A DNA stretch of 64,000 nt, from positions 358,174,001 to 358,238,000 of the forward strand of contig OZ024740.1 in assembly GCA_964016885.1 (NCBI GenBank), given 5' to 3'. This document shows, piece after piece, positions 11,717 through 24,179 of the stretch. The translations under genes were made by a program, and so were the position numbers. The stretch is from Eledone cirrhosa. Its lineage: Eukaryota. The notes under the pieces were generated by a model. The model was not told the DNA's origin. It saw only the letters and a program-made list of their open reading frames with translations, and searched no databases. Numbering within the stretch: the first letter of the stretch is position 1; every line of letters starts with the position of its first letter.

Positions 11717-13039
11717 TCATACATACATACATACATACATACATACATACATACATACATACATACATACATACATACATACATACATACATACATACAT
11801 AGCATAGCGGTCTGAACAGTTTTCTTCTACAAAATTTCTATACAGAATGCACTGGCAAACTCGAGGATAGAGTAGAAGACACCAACCCAATGAATCAAAC
11901 ATTAAGATCGAATTTGCTAAAATTGCATTATTGCAATGCGACCTTCTTAATCACCCTGTCATACCGGCATGTATAGCCATTATTGTTGAATTGTACTGTT
12001 TGATCAGCGCTGCGGAGGTACTAATATAATTGTCTTTGTCACTTCAGTATATGCTGACCACCTAGAAATTGAAGGCCCTTCTCAGCTGGGACAAAGGAGC
12101 GTCACTTTAAATAAAAACATTCTTACTGATATTTAGGAGGAGATACATTTTGTATAGACTTTAATAAAATTGAAGTCAAGTATTTCCTCATGAAACGTCT
12201 GGCAGCACATTATTCCACGAATATTTTAATTGGTGCTGACAAACCCTTGTACTTCCCGCTCATATTACTAAGTTACATCTCATTTGGTTTGAACAGCATG
12301 AATCGTGTTAGTATATATCAAGACAAAATATTAATTTTTTTTTTTGTAAACATGTTTTATTTTATAATTTAATAGAATTACAGACAATAGACCAATTCAG
12401 TTGTATAAATAGCATTACAAATATTTTTTTAAATTTGAAAGAAAACTGCAAAGGCATTTCTGCGGACAATGGTCAGCGACACCCACTACAACAGCCACCC
12501 CACCTCACAGGGGTTCCTTCCTCAAACGGGCTGCTGACGATCCGATTTTAAGGAGGAGCTCAGCAGTACGGGGTCCGAGGATGCGAAGAGGAAGCGGTCG
12601 GACAATGCCCGGTATTTGCTTGTCTTCCTGTCCTCTGCATTGCGGGCCCAAGTACCGGGGTTTGTGGCCGAAGCAAATAAGTTGGATTCGATAAATCATC
12701 TTCACCTTTTATATGTGGCTTAGTGGTTAGAAGGAGGAATTTGTAGTTATAAGGTTGTGATTTCGATTCATGGACAGAGAGACGCGTTGTGTTTTCGGCC
12801 AAGGCGCTTCATTTCACGTTGCTTTTATAATATGACTAGAATCGCTATCATTATAACAGTCAAGAAACCTTGTACGTGATACAACCTCGTAGGAGACAAG
12901 CTAAACCTACGTAGTTGTGAGCTGTAAATTTCCTAAAAAAAACAAAAATGAAATTTACGCCTTATGTAAGAGTTTATCTATTTACTAGTGTACGTGTGCC
13001 GTTAATAGGGGTTTGGCTTCTTTTAATTTATACACAATT

Positions 13040-13180
13040 ACTGGACAAATACTTTATTTTATCAATCTTGGAAAGATGAAAGGCAAAGTTGACCTTTGCG
13101 AGATTTGAACTCAGAATGTAAAGGTTTGGAACTAAATACCACAAAGTCTTTTTTCTGACGCTCTAACTCGGCCAACCCAC
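13040..13180 (-). mobile_element. tRNA-derived SINE with Nin/Deu-like core (degenerate)
   Basis: TACTTTATTTTATC...GATGAAAGGCAAAGTTGACC...GATTTGAACTCAGAA. Confidence 0.75.
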
Positions 13181-13698
13181 CACACGCTTGTGTTGTTAAC
13201 ATTGACATCATATATATGTATCTTAATTAAATGTACTGAAAATGATTATAAAGGTTGAATAAATGCCGGAATAACAGGAAATTGAGTTCTGTTTAAAATA
13301 AAACTAAAGGAAGGCCGACATCATTGAATATTAAATTTAAACTTGTGATGAATACTTCCTCTCGCTTCTTATTACTAGTCAGTATTTCATATATATCTCA
13401 GGCGTTGCGCTACTAATCATACGTACATACATTCACACATGCACATATTTCGGGGTCCTGACTCATTCTTATAACCATACTCTACTACCCCTAGTTTCGA
13501 GTACTCTGGTGAGTAATGGTTTAACCAGTTTCTTACTGATTCCATTTTGATTTCTCGGCGGCGCTGACCACCAGTCATCTATTCATAGCTAGTCTTTCAA
13601 AATATTTATTTATTAAACATACCGTATATCTTAAGATATACGAAATTCACATACATATTTGTATACAGCTTTGTTGAAGCTAAATTCTAATATATATA

Positions 13699-13768
<70 letters not shown>

Positions 13769-13868
13769 GTTATTCCGGGTTGAATCGGAGGTAACCACAG
13801 TAAGTAAGGTACTCAATACATTGCAGAGTATAAAAGTTTTAATATAGAAGAGATTCTACAGGACTAGA

Positions 13869-13903
<35 letters not shown>

Positions 13904-13904
13904 A

Positions 13905-14148
13905 AAGTGTATATAGGAAACACCGCTTCCAGAATCACATATGGCAAGATGAGCATATATTGTTATAATAACAGGCGGGTTTATTATGGTGAGTAACCTT
14001 GTTCTGGTGACGCAACTCGATGGAGCACGCAACTACTGATATATTCATGTTTATAGGTTCTGATGTTTCCTGCCATGGTGTATGGATGAAACACTGTTAG
14101 CTAATAAAACAATGTATTTCTAAGTACTCTTTGGTTATTCCTATAACT
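13905..14148 (+). mobile_element. pLTR-like repeat with mutated HHR (14056-14102), in (TA)n
   Basis: Near-identical to 16376-16625 (minus) and 17559-17716. Core reads CTGATGT (A9 changed)...GAAAC-ACT-GTT^AGCT. Confidence 0.75.
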
Positions 14149-14164
14149 ATATATATATATATAT

Positions 14165-15968
14165 ATCATCATCATCATCATCATCAACGTTTAACGTCCG
14201 TGTTCCACGCTTGCATGGGTTTGGACGGGGGTTTTCCCACTTGAGGCAAGAGTGATTATCTTGCTCGCATAGGACTATCTGGTGGGTTTTCTACAGCTGG
14301 ATGCCCTTCCTAACACCAACCACATTTAGTGTGGGGCTGGGAGGTTTTTACCGTGTTGCCTACACGGCCACATTACAGCGTGGACTGTCTGGCGGGTTTT
14401 CTACAGCTGGATGCCCTTCCTAACACCAACCACATTTCCAGTGTGGGGCTGGGAGGTTTTTACCGTGTTGCCTACACAGCCACATTACAGCGTGAACTGT
14501 GTTTTTTGACGTGACACCTACACGATCTCATTTGTTTCGGCCTGGATGTTGTGGCACCAACATAACTTTACATTGAAAGGGGCGGTGTGGATGGGGTGGG
14601 GGTAGTGGGACGAGGGTGTATTTTGTTAGAGATGCCTACTGACTGTAGTAGGTTTTACTTTGTATTTAGGTAAGGCCGGTCTTCTCTATTACTGAGTACC
14701 GCCAAAGGTCTCGGTCCAGTGACATTGTCTGGGTGAGGTGTAAGTGTGTTAGGTCGGAATTTATCAGCTCGTCCCAGGTTTTTCTGGGTCTGCCTATACC
14801 GTGGCTACCGTCTATCTTTATTGCCCTGCACTTTGTTATACAGCTATCGTCCTTCATGCGCATCACGTGACCATACCAACGTAGCCTTCTCTCGAGTAAA
14901 CAACATCTGATCCCTCTTATTTCTAATTTTTTCCTTAGTTCGTTTATGCTTTGCCGTTCACGTATATTACTATTACACATCCAGCGGAGCATGCAAGCTT
15001 CGTTTCTCTCTAGTCTGCGTATATCCTCTGCACACAATGCCCAGGTCTCACTGCCATGCAACATTACTGTTCGTATGCAGGCATCATACAACCTGCCTTT
15101 CATTTTTAGGGGGAACCCTTTAGCGGCTAATAGTGGTCTAAGCTCTCTGAACTTTTTCCATCCAGTTCTGACTCTAGCTACTGTACTTTCAGAGCACCCT
15201 CCCCCACTGCTGATTTTGTCACCCAGGTAACGGAAGCTGTCCACTATTTCTATAGAACCCTCTGCGCAGTTGAAAGAGCTAGTATTCTGTGGGCACTTGC
15301 TGCTACTTATTGCACCAGAGCACCGGCCACATGTAAAATCTATGTTCTTAGTTAGCTTACCTGTGATCCCACTACATCTTTTATGCACCCATACTTTGCA
15401 TTTGGGACATAAAATGGAGTTTCTACCTACGCCTTTCCTACACACTAAGCATGGCCACTTCCCGGAAGGGGCCGCCGCCTTATTTTCTTTCTTACAAACT
15501 AGAACTTTAGTCTTAGCCAGGTTAATTTTAAGGCCTTTTGATTCTAGGCCGTGCTTCCATGTTTGGAATTTCTTCTCTAGCTCGGCCATTGATTCAGCTA
15601 TGAGTGTTAGGTCATCTGCGTATAGGAGTTCCCATGGGCAACCGGTCTTGGACTCCTCTGTTATAGCCTGAAGGGCAATAATAAATAGTAGGGGACTGAG
15701 AACAGAGCCCTGATGGACGCCAACTTTTACGCTAAACTCTTCACTATATTCGTTGTTAATTCTAACCTTGCTGACTGTTTCTTTATACATGGCGTGTATA
15801 GCTCTCACAAGCCATTCGTCAACACCTCGTTTTCTAAGAGCCCACCATATAATGGAACGGGGGACTCTGTCGAAGGCTTTCTCCAAGTCGACAAAAGCTA
15901 AGTATAGGGGTTTACTTTTAGCTAGGTACTTCTCCTGTAGTTGTCGTACAATGAAAAGAGCGTCTGTG
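14165..15968 (-). mobile_element. 5'-truncated RTE LINE with a PHD-like finger inside the RT region
   Basis: [25 protein letters not shown], then CLVC...CPKCKVWVHKRC...CGRC, and ERRLRWYGHV. The 3' UTR has a ~110-bp tandem duplication (14275-14495) and a (GAT)n tail. Confidence 0.92.
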
Positions 15969-15971
15969 GTA

Positions 15972-16084
<113 letters not shown>

Positions 16085-16090
16085 TACATA

Positions 16091-16343
16091 TATTGTTATA
16101 CTTTGGGAGGGTCATGTTGCCAATAAGAAACACACGCACCAGTTGCTTTCACTTCAATTTATTATAATAAATTTATAAATTTAGGAATTTATAAATTTCC
16201 GGTTGGTTGGTTGGTTCCACAACCAGATGGTTGTTTATATATTGTCAAAGTTCTTTCGTCACACATTCTGTGACCTCTTCAGTGACTGGGGATTCTTTTC
16301 TTTGTTTTTTGTGCCTCTCCTTTGTTCTGTCCTACGCCATCTT
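16091..16343 (-). mobile_element. Penelope-like (Naiad-like) pLTR with HHR at 16244-16286
   Basis: Minus strand GTCA-CTGAAGA-G-GTCACA-gaatg-TGTGAC-GAAAG-AA-CTT^TGAC. Copies at 30693, 38132 and 62170; the 38132 copy is attached to a GIY-YIG C-terminus. Confidence 0.8.
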
Positions 16344-16346
16344 GAA

Positions 16347-16375
<29 letters not shown>

Positions 16376-16377
<2 letters not shown>

Positions 16378-17800
16378 GTTATAGGAATAACCAAAGAGTA
16401 CTTAGAAATACATTGTTTTATTAGCTAACAGTGTTTCATCCATACACCATGGCAGGACAACATCAGAGCCTATAAATATGAGTATATCAGTAGTTGCATG
16501 CTCCATCGAGTTGCGTCACCAGAACAAGGTTACTCACTATAATAAACCCGCCTATTATTATAACAATATATGCTCATCTTGCCATATGTGATTCTGGAAG
16601 CGGTGTTTCCTATATACACTTTTTCTCTATATGTAACGGGATAGCCATCACGATTTGTATTTACTGTGGTATAGTTGTATGCGGTGCGGTACATTGGTTG
16701 AACGCCAACTTGGACATACAGTGAATTTCACCTGGCACGTTGGATTGAGCGACCGAACGTGAGGATTTTGGGGAATGCCAGTCTCTGCGGACCTGGCGTG
16801 TTTTCAATTTCCTCACATCTGTGCCAGCTGTATATGTACCATATATTTCTTTAACTCGTCGTACTTTTTTTATTTTTTATTTTGGATTTTGGGTGTATAT
16901 CCCAGACCGCCTATGGTGATAAATCCCCTGGGTATAGGTTTTGGAAAAAGAGTGTTATCTCACTTAACGTTCGGAACTGGAACATATCGATGTGGTTAGT
17001 AGGGCGCGGATATGATAAGGAGAATCGACCTGTTACAAGGCGATATAATTGGAGTACACCATCCCTTATATGGACTATCATACATGTAAGGCTGCACCAC
17101 TGCTAACCAACTATTCTTCTCACAGACTCATGCTTGCAAACTCTCTTAATCTGCCTGTACACCCTCTTTTTGCACTGCTTGTGCTTTGATGCATCTATGA
17201 TTTTCTTTGTCTTATATTTCTTTGGGGTCTCCGGGCTTTTTGTTCCTTTATTGTTTTGTATTTTTATATTTATCTCTTTTATTATCCCTGTATTTTTGCA
17301 CTATTTTTATTATTTTCTTATTGTTTCTGATCATGCTGAATAATACCCTCACTCTTCCCTTGCTACCCTTTCCCAACCTCTTTATCATCTATTGCACCAT
17401 TTAAGTGATAAATTTTTGGTGTAATTTTTAATTTTTAATTTTTTATTTTTTATTTTTAAATTTTTAAGACATTTTATGACACTATGTGCATCATGTATTC
17501 TGTCTTTTTCCATATAGCGCTGGCCTCGGGACCCCCCCCCCCCCCCCTGCTGGTCCTTTAACCTTGTTCTGGTGACGCAACTCGATGGAGCATGCAACTA
17601 CTGATATATTCATGTTTATAGGCTCTGATGATTCCTGCCATGATGTATGGATGAAACACTGTTAGCTAATAAAACAATGTATTTCTAAGTACTCTTTGGT
17701 TATTCCTATAACTATAACGGCTCTGTAGTATACTAGTTATCCTACATTGAGCTAAAACCACACTGTCATACCAAGGGCAATATATCTGCATGTCTGGGCA
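16376..17800. mobile_element. Head-to-head inverted pLTR structure with HHRs at 16423-16470 (minus, mutated) and 17621-17667 (plus)
   Basis: 16376-16531 and 17559-17716 are reverse complements. Plus HHR: GGCT-CTGATGA-TTCCTGC...GTATGGAT-GAAAC-ACT-GTT^AGCT-AATAAA. Confidence 0.8.
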
Positions 17801-17803
17801 TAT

Positions 17804-17847
<44 letters not shown>

Positions 17848-17895
17848 CTGATTCCGCCCAGCCCGTCCTTTCAATCTTTCTAATTTTTCATTCTT

Positions 17896-17931
17896 TCTTC
17901 TGATGAAGGACTAGCGTCCGAAAGCTCAGAG
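17896..17931 (+). ncRNA. Minimal type I hammerhead motif
   Basis: CTGATGA-A-GGAC-tagc-GTCC-GAAAGCTC^AGAG; palindromic AGCT stem III; stem I is weak. Confidence 0.65.
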
Positions 17932-18059
17932 TTTATACTATTTCCATACAACGACTTCGCTTCTATCAGACGAACAACAAGAAAGAAAAATTAAACAATA
18001 TAGAAAGCAATTTACAAGATTTTTTTAATTACTATCTTCAGTAACTACAATGATATCAT

Positions 18060-18317
18060 CATCATCATCATCATCATCATTTCATTTTACGTCTGCTTTT
18101 TCCCTGCTTGCAAAGGTGGGACGGGAACTGATTCTGGCTTGATTTCTACAGCTGGATGCCCTTCCTAACACCAACCTCATTTACAGTGAGTGCTGGGTGC
18201 TTTTTTTCCGTGGCGCCTACACGACCACTTTGCAGTGGAATGATAGGGACCCCAGTCCCTATCATCTCATTTCTACAGCTGAGTAAACTGGAGCAATGTG
18301 AAATAAAGTATCTTGCC
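18060..18317 (-). mobile_element. 5'-truncated SINE with RTE tail
   Basis: Near-identical to 3480-3722. Confidence 0.85.
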
Positions 18318-18701
18318 TGATATAATTTCATTAACTATTAACTAATTCATCAAAATAACATAATTATTACTTTCTTAACAAAGAAATATTTTCGTTAATT
18401 TATAAAGTGTCGGTCAATGAAAAAAGGAACGTAACACTATATGATCTTGGCAAATGTCCGAATGTTCGTCAATGTTTGAAAACAATACTAATGATTAGTG
18501 GCATGAATAGAAAGAAATATCTGTTTTGGATATTGAGACAATGCTAATATAAATAAGTGCTGTAGAGCTTGCCTGTTGTTAAGAAGTTTATTCAGAAGCA
18601 AATGATTCTGAGCTCGATCACACCACGCCAGACAGATTGACCAATATAACGTGAGTGAAATTTAGATGACGGATATATAAGAAATGCAATTACACACACA
18701 C

Positions 18702-18802
<101 letters not shown>

Positions 18803-18812
18803 AACGAGTAGG

Positions 18813-18908
18813 ACCCCGACGGCTGAGCTCAAGCCGTTTCGGCGGCTAATTCTGGACTAAATGAAATTTTTTAACCTGGTAAAGGAATAGCCGAGCTTCT
18901 CGGGGGGT
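18813..18908 (-). ncRNA. Hammerhead motif, core degenerate
   Basis: ACCCC-CCGAGAA-gct-CGGCTA...TAGCCG-cc-GAAAC-GGC-ttgagctca-GCC-GTC^GGGGT. Confidence 0.6.
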
Positions 18909-18929
18909 AATATTCCATATATGGTAAAA

Positions 18930-19690
18930 GTGATTGTCACAAGGATTAGTCAAAGCTACCTTCCTTCCACAAAATGCCATGATAGAATTATGTGTCTCAG
19001 CAACAAACTTTTGACCATGCTGCTCTTTTACAACAAGATCTGGATGTCATATACAAATGGGCTGAGGACAACAACATGCAGTTTAATGCTGGAAAATTTC
19101 ATGCCGTACAATACCAACCTGCAAACACAAAGAGAGTACAACACAGCTACACCAGACCAGGAGGGATCGAAATCGAAACGAGACCAGGGAATAGACATGA
19201 GCGACGATGCATCTTTTTCTTCACACATCATGAGGGTGGCACAATGTGCAGATTACCCGCTGACTGGATCTTGAGGACTTTCCGTACAAGAGACCATGTT
19301 GATACTATGGAGGACATACTGTGGTCACCCCATAGTATCAAATTAATCACGGAGCTTGAGGCAATCCAATGAAGCTACACCAAGAGGATTGCCACGATGA
19401 AGGAGGTGAGCTACTGGGAGAGGCTAAAAGAACTAAAACCCCACTCCTTGGAACGAAGACGGGAGAGATACGCAATGATATACATATGAAAAATCTTGGA
19501 GGGACTAGCACCAAATTTTGGCATTGAGAGCTGGATCAACCCCCGAACAGGACGTCACTGTGTGGTTCCAAATGTCACGTCTTCCACATCTAGAATAAGG
19601 AGCAGATATTGCAATAGCCTGGGGTTCAAAGGGCCTCAACTCTTCAACAAGCTGCCAAGAAATGTGAGAGATCTGCATGATGTGGTAGAT
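18930..19690 (+). mobile_element. CR1-like LINE, decayed RT C-terminus
   Basis: LQQDLDVIYKWAEDNNMQFNAGKF, WILRTF, LWSP...LEAIQ and SYWERLKEL...SLERRRERY across frameshifts. Confidence 0.85.
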
Positions 19691-19810
19691 AGTATTAGCA
19701 TTGCGACCGGTAGATAGTATTAGCAATTGGAAACGTTGTTTCCGCGGTCCGATTTAACGAGCTCCATCCCTCTCATTAAGCGAATGCGGTCTGCAATCTT
19801 GGCGATCGAC

Positions 19811-19939
<129 letters not shown>

Positions 19940-20729
19940 TAAGGACAGTTTTCCGAATGAGATCGGAAAGAAAACAATTAAATAAGGAACTCAATATGTT
20001 AATAGAAAAGAAGAATATTTCTTTTATAGAATGACTTCTATAGAACCACTAGAACGGTTCCATTTGTATGAAATCACCAGGAATGGACATTCTTGGTGAT
20101 TTCATACGAGCAACATACGGTCAACTGACAACTCGTCTGAACCATGCTAGCGTGATGATAATGAGGATGATGATGGTGGTGATGATGGTGATGATGATGA
20201 TAAATAATTGCATCTTACAGATAGTGCATGTCTTCTGGCATAGTTGTATGTATATAGTGATAAAAAGGCAGATATAGATAGAGAGAGAGAGGTACATAAA
20301 TAGTTAGATTATATTGGTAGATAGATACATAGATATAGATAAACAAAGAGATGGAGAGTGGGTAGAAAAACAAATAACTTTCTTAAAATTGCATATTTTG
20401 CTGAGAGATATTTTCTAAGTCGTAGATAACGATTATCTTGATAAATTATATAGAAAAAAAAAGTTGTTATTTACACCCCCGGACGCTACCAGAAGTTCTG
20501 TGTGACCTTAAGGACCATCAAACTTGATGGATTTATTAGAACCATCTATTTTATACAAAGACAACTTATATAATAAATATGATTTGTGAAAAAGTGAATT
20601 GAATATATTATTATATTTGGGGCTGGTCGTGTTGCCAATTTAGCCAATATATATGTACGTCAATACTCATCTTTTTCCATTTCTCCGAGTGGTGTGCTCG
20701 TGCGGAAAGATGCTATGAAATAGCTTATA

Positions 20730-20915
20730 TAATTGTTTCTACTTTTGGCACAAGGCCAGCAATTACCCAGTGTATTACTGGTACTTTATTTTATCGACCC
20801 CTTAAGGATGAAAGGCAAAGTTAACCTCGGCGGGATTTGAACTCAGAATGACAAGGGCCGTAATTCTATGCTACAAAGCATGGCATCCGATCCTCTACCG
20901 ATACTGCCAATCCAT
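20730..20915 (-). mobile_element. Nin/Deu-core tRNA SINE
   Basis: Reverse complement of 21210-21400. Confidence 0.88.
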
Positions 20916-21211
20916 ATATAATAGAGTGAAAACCATTAAAGACGGAAAAAGCAGTTGCCATCGACCGCTACGAGAAATCGAACTCTGTATCTCGTAACCA
21001 TTAATAATCATATACATACATACTCACACATAAATACAGTGGTGGACTGGCCAGGTTGCCAGGTTGCCCAATTAAGCAAAGCATTTGGTCAACCAATTCC
21101 CCAGGGAATTACTAGAAACCGAAATATGCGATAGTGCAAATAGCTGCGATTAATGGCCGATTCAGCCAAGTAGCACGAACACTTTTTTTAAAAATTATTA
21201 TTTGAATATGG

Positions 21212-21396
21212 GCGGTGAATTGGCAGTATCGGTAGAGGGTCGGACGCCATGCTTTGACACATAGAGTTACGGCCCTTGCCATTCTGAGTTCAAATCCCTC
21301 CGAGGTTAACTTTGCCTTTCATCCTTATGGGGTCGATAAAATAAAGTACCAGTAATACACTGAGTATTTGCTGGCCTTGTGTCAAAAGTAGAAATA
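21212..21396 (+). mobile_element. Nin/Deu-core tRNA SINE with 16-bp TSD
   Basis: TGGCAGTATCGGTAG A-box, GAGTTCAAATCC B-box, core GCCTTTCATCCTTATGGGGTCGATAAAATAAAGTACC. TSD ATTATTTGAATATGGG. Confidence 0.9.
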
Positions 21397-21620
21397 ATTA
21401 TTTGAATATGGGAAAACCAGCCATTAATCGCTCGTATACAGGAAACTGACTGGCCAGTCTGCTGATATGCAAATCTGGCTGGCTGATCAGTGGATCTGCT
21501 AATATGTAGATCTGACTGATCAGCCAGTCTGCTAATATGCAAATCAGGCCAATCGGTCACTGTATATTTTAGAAAATATCATATATTTTCGCCTGGTCTG
21601 ACAGTTGGGAGGTGAACACT

Positions 21621-21670
21621 GAACTGTACTGATGAAGGGTAATGCCCAGAAACCATAGTGTCTACAGTTC
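21621..21670 (+). ncRNA. Type I hammerhead ribozyme
   Basis: GAACTGTA-CTGATGA-AGGGT-aat-GCCC-A-GAAAC-catagt-GTC^TACAGTTC; perfect 8-bp stem I. Confidence 0.78.
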
Positions 21671-21798
21671 TGTTTACATGCCAACACAAGAGCAAGGATG
21701 AGGGGCTCATTCTACTGACATGGCTTTAAAAAAGAGGTTGTTTGCATAATTGCAAACGAATCGAATATTATTATTAATATTCGAAAAACTCAGATTAC

Positions 21799-21872
<74 letters not shown>

Positions 21873-22435
21873 GAGAGAGAGAGAGAGAGAGTATGAAAGA
21901 CCAAAGGTCATTATTGAAAGTCTCTGGATTTCGCAAAATACATATTTTTTATTGGAGAAGGTAAGATATTTTTTCCGCAAAAATTTGATTGCACTGTTTT
22001 GTTTCCACTTATGTATTTTTTTGGAAACGTTATTCATTCATTATCAAATTAAATGATAGCATTCTATATGTAGGTGGACTCCTTCATCTGGCAACCAATA
22101 TTTTTAGACCTAGTCCGCCACTGTATATATATATATATATATAATGCCAATCATTGTAAGTTTGAATCTGTTATGCAAAAACATATATATGAATAAAGTA
22201 AGACCAAATCATAGTAGATTCAAATATCTTTCTCCCTGTGCAACAGAAATGAAACATGGATTACAGGTTAAAATATAGTCTAGATGTGAAACAAATCGAG
22301 GATGTAGTTTATAGAACACCCAAATGATTTAGAAGTCGACCTTAAGTAGGAGCAATAACATTAATAAAGACTTGAACAACACCACAACACTTTGTTTTGA
22401 AAATTTTGAAAGTAGGTTTATAAGTATGAATTTTC

Positions 22436-23815
22436 AGAGGAGTTCAAAACCGGCTGCCCATGGGAACTTCTACATGCAGATGCTCTAACGCTGATAGCTG
22501 AATCGATGGATGAACTAGAGAAGAAATTTCAAACATGGAAGCATGGCATATAATCAAAAGGCCTAAAGTTAACTAGTCTAAGACTAAAGTTCTAGTATGT
22601 AGGAAGGAAAACAGGGCACAAGTCCCCTCTGGGAAATGGCCATGTTCAGTGTGTAGGAAAGGAGTAGGCAGAAATTCCATTTTATGTCCCAAATGCAAAG
22701 TATGGGTGCATAAAAGATGTAGTGGGATCACAGGTAAGCTATCTCAGAACGTAGATTTTATATGTGGCCAATGCTCAGGTGCAATAAGTAGCAAGCGCCC
22801 ACAGGATACTAGCTCCTTCTATTGCCCAGATGGCTCTATAGAAATAGTGGACACCTTCCGATACCTGGGTGACAAAATCAGCAGTGGTGGAGGGTGCTCA
22901 GAAAGTACAGTAGCCAGAGTTAGAACGGGGTGGAAAAAGTTCAGAGAGCTTATACCACTATTGGCCGCTAAAGGTTTCTCTCTAAAAATGAAAGGCAGAC
23001 TGTATGATGCTTTTATACAAACAGCAATGTTACATGGCAATGAGACATGGGCATTGTGTGCAGAGGATCTGCGCAGACTGGAGAGGAATGAAGCATGCAT
23101 GCTCCGTTGGATGTGTAATAGTAATATACGTGAACAGCAAAGCATAAATGAACTAAGTGAGAAATTAGGTATAAGAGGGATCAGATGCTGTTTACTCGAG
23201 AGAAGACTACGTTGGTATGGTCACGTGATGCGCATGAAAGACGACAGCTGTATAAAAAGTGCAGGGCGATCAAAATTGACGGAAGTTACGGAGTAGGCAG
23301 ACCCAGAAAAACCTGGGACGATTTGATAAATTCCGACCTTACACACTTACACCTCTCTAAAACAATGTCACTTGACCGAGATCTTTGGCGTTACGCAGTA
23401 ATACAGAAAACCCGCCTTGCCTAAGTACAAAGTGAAACCTACAGTCGGTAGACACCTCTTAATCAAATATACACCCCCTCCTACTACCCCAACTCCCCCA
23501 CCTCCATCAACACCACCCCTTTCTCTGTAAAGTTATGTTGGAACCACAACATCCAGTCCTAATTAAATGAGGTCGTGTAGGTGTCACGACAAAAAAAAAA
23601 CACAGTCCACGCTGTAAAGTGGTCGTGTAGGTAACACGGTAAAAATCTCCCAGTCCACATTGTAAACGTGGTTGGTGTTAGGAAGGGCATCCAGCTGTAG
23701 AAAACCTCCCAGACGAGCGAGACGACCAATCTTGCCTCAAGTGGGACAATTCCCGTCTAAACCCATGCTAGCGTAGAAGATAGACGTTAAACGAGGATGA
23801 TAATGATGATGATGA
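22436..23815 (+). mobile_element. Second truncated copy of the PHD-RTE LINE
   Basis: Highly similar to 14165-15660, with stops/frameshifts and a (GAT)n tail. Confidence 0.92.
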
Positions 23816-24179
23816 TTGAAAAAAGCTGAAAAGGTTTACTGGGAACCCTACTCCCAACCAGGATCGAACTTCAGACCGCCGTCTATGATTCCTCCAACTA
23901 GGCCACCGAGACAGCTACAAAAGTAAAATGAAAATTGATAATTATATACCTACTTTCAAAATCAAAGTTAAAAAGATGTGGTGTTGTTCGTGGGTTTCCT
24001 AGAGCTATTAGTAATATTTAGGGTCGACTTGTCAATCTCCTGACCCTTTGGAAACAAGCTTATTCCTATGTGTGTTTAACTGTTGAATTAATTTAATTTT
24101 CATTTGATTTGAGTTGTAGTGTAAGGTGTGCCCTTGAGGTGTAGTGTTAAAAGTGGTGATGGGTTCAAGTCTGACATTG

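Larger units (their letters stand above)
21037..22123. mobile_element. Non-autonomous TIR DNA transposon carrying nested inserts
   Basis: TIRs CAGTGGTGGACTGG / CTAGTCCGCCACTG flanked by TA; internal ~37-bp imperfect tandem repeats at 21445-21560. Confidence 0.6.

Noticed and set aside
12480-12680. GC-rich stretch with CTGACGA-TCC...GGA and GGAGCTCAGCAGTACGGGGTCC
   Set aside because: It resembles the HHR family at 616/18813 but lacks GAAA, so it is too decayed to call and was not counted.
21212-21305. tRNA-like A and B boxes here and in other copies
   Set aside because: These are SINE heads with no complete cloverleaf, followed by a SINE core and TSDs.
21445-21560. Short repeats of CRISPR-like length
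   Set aside because: They are contiguous imperfect tandem repeats without unique spacers, in a eukaryotic context with no cas genes.
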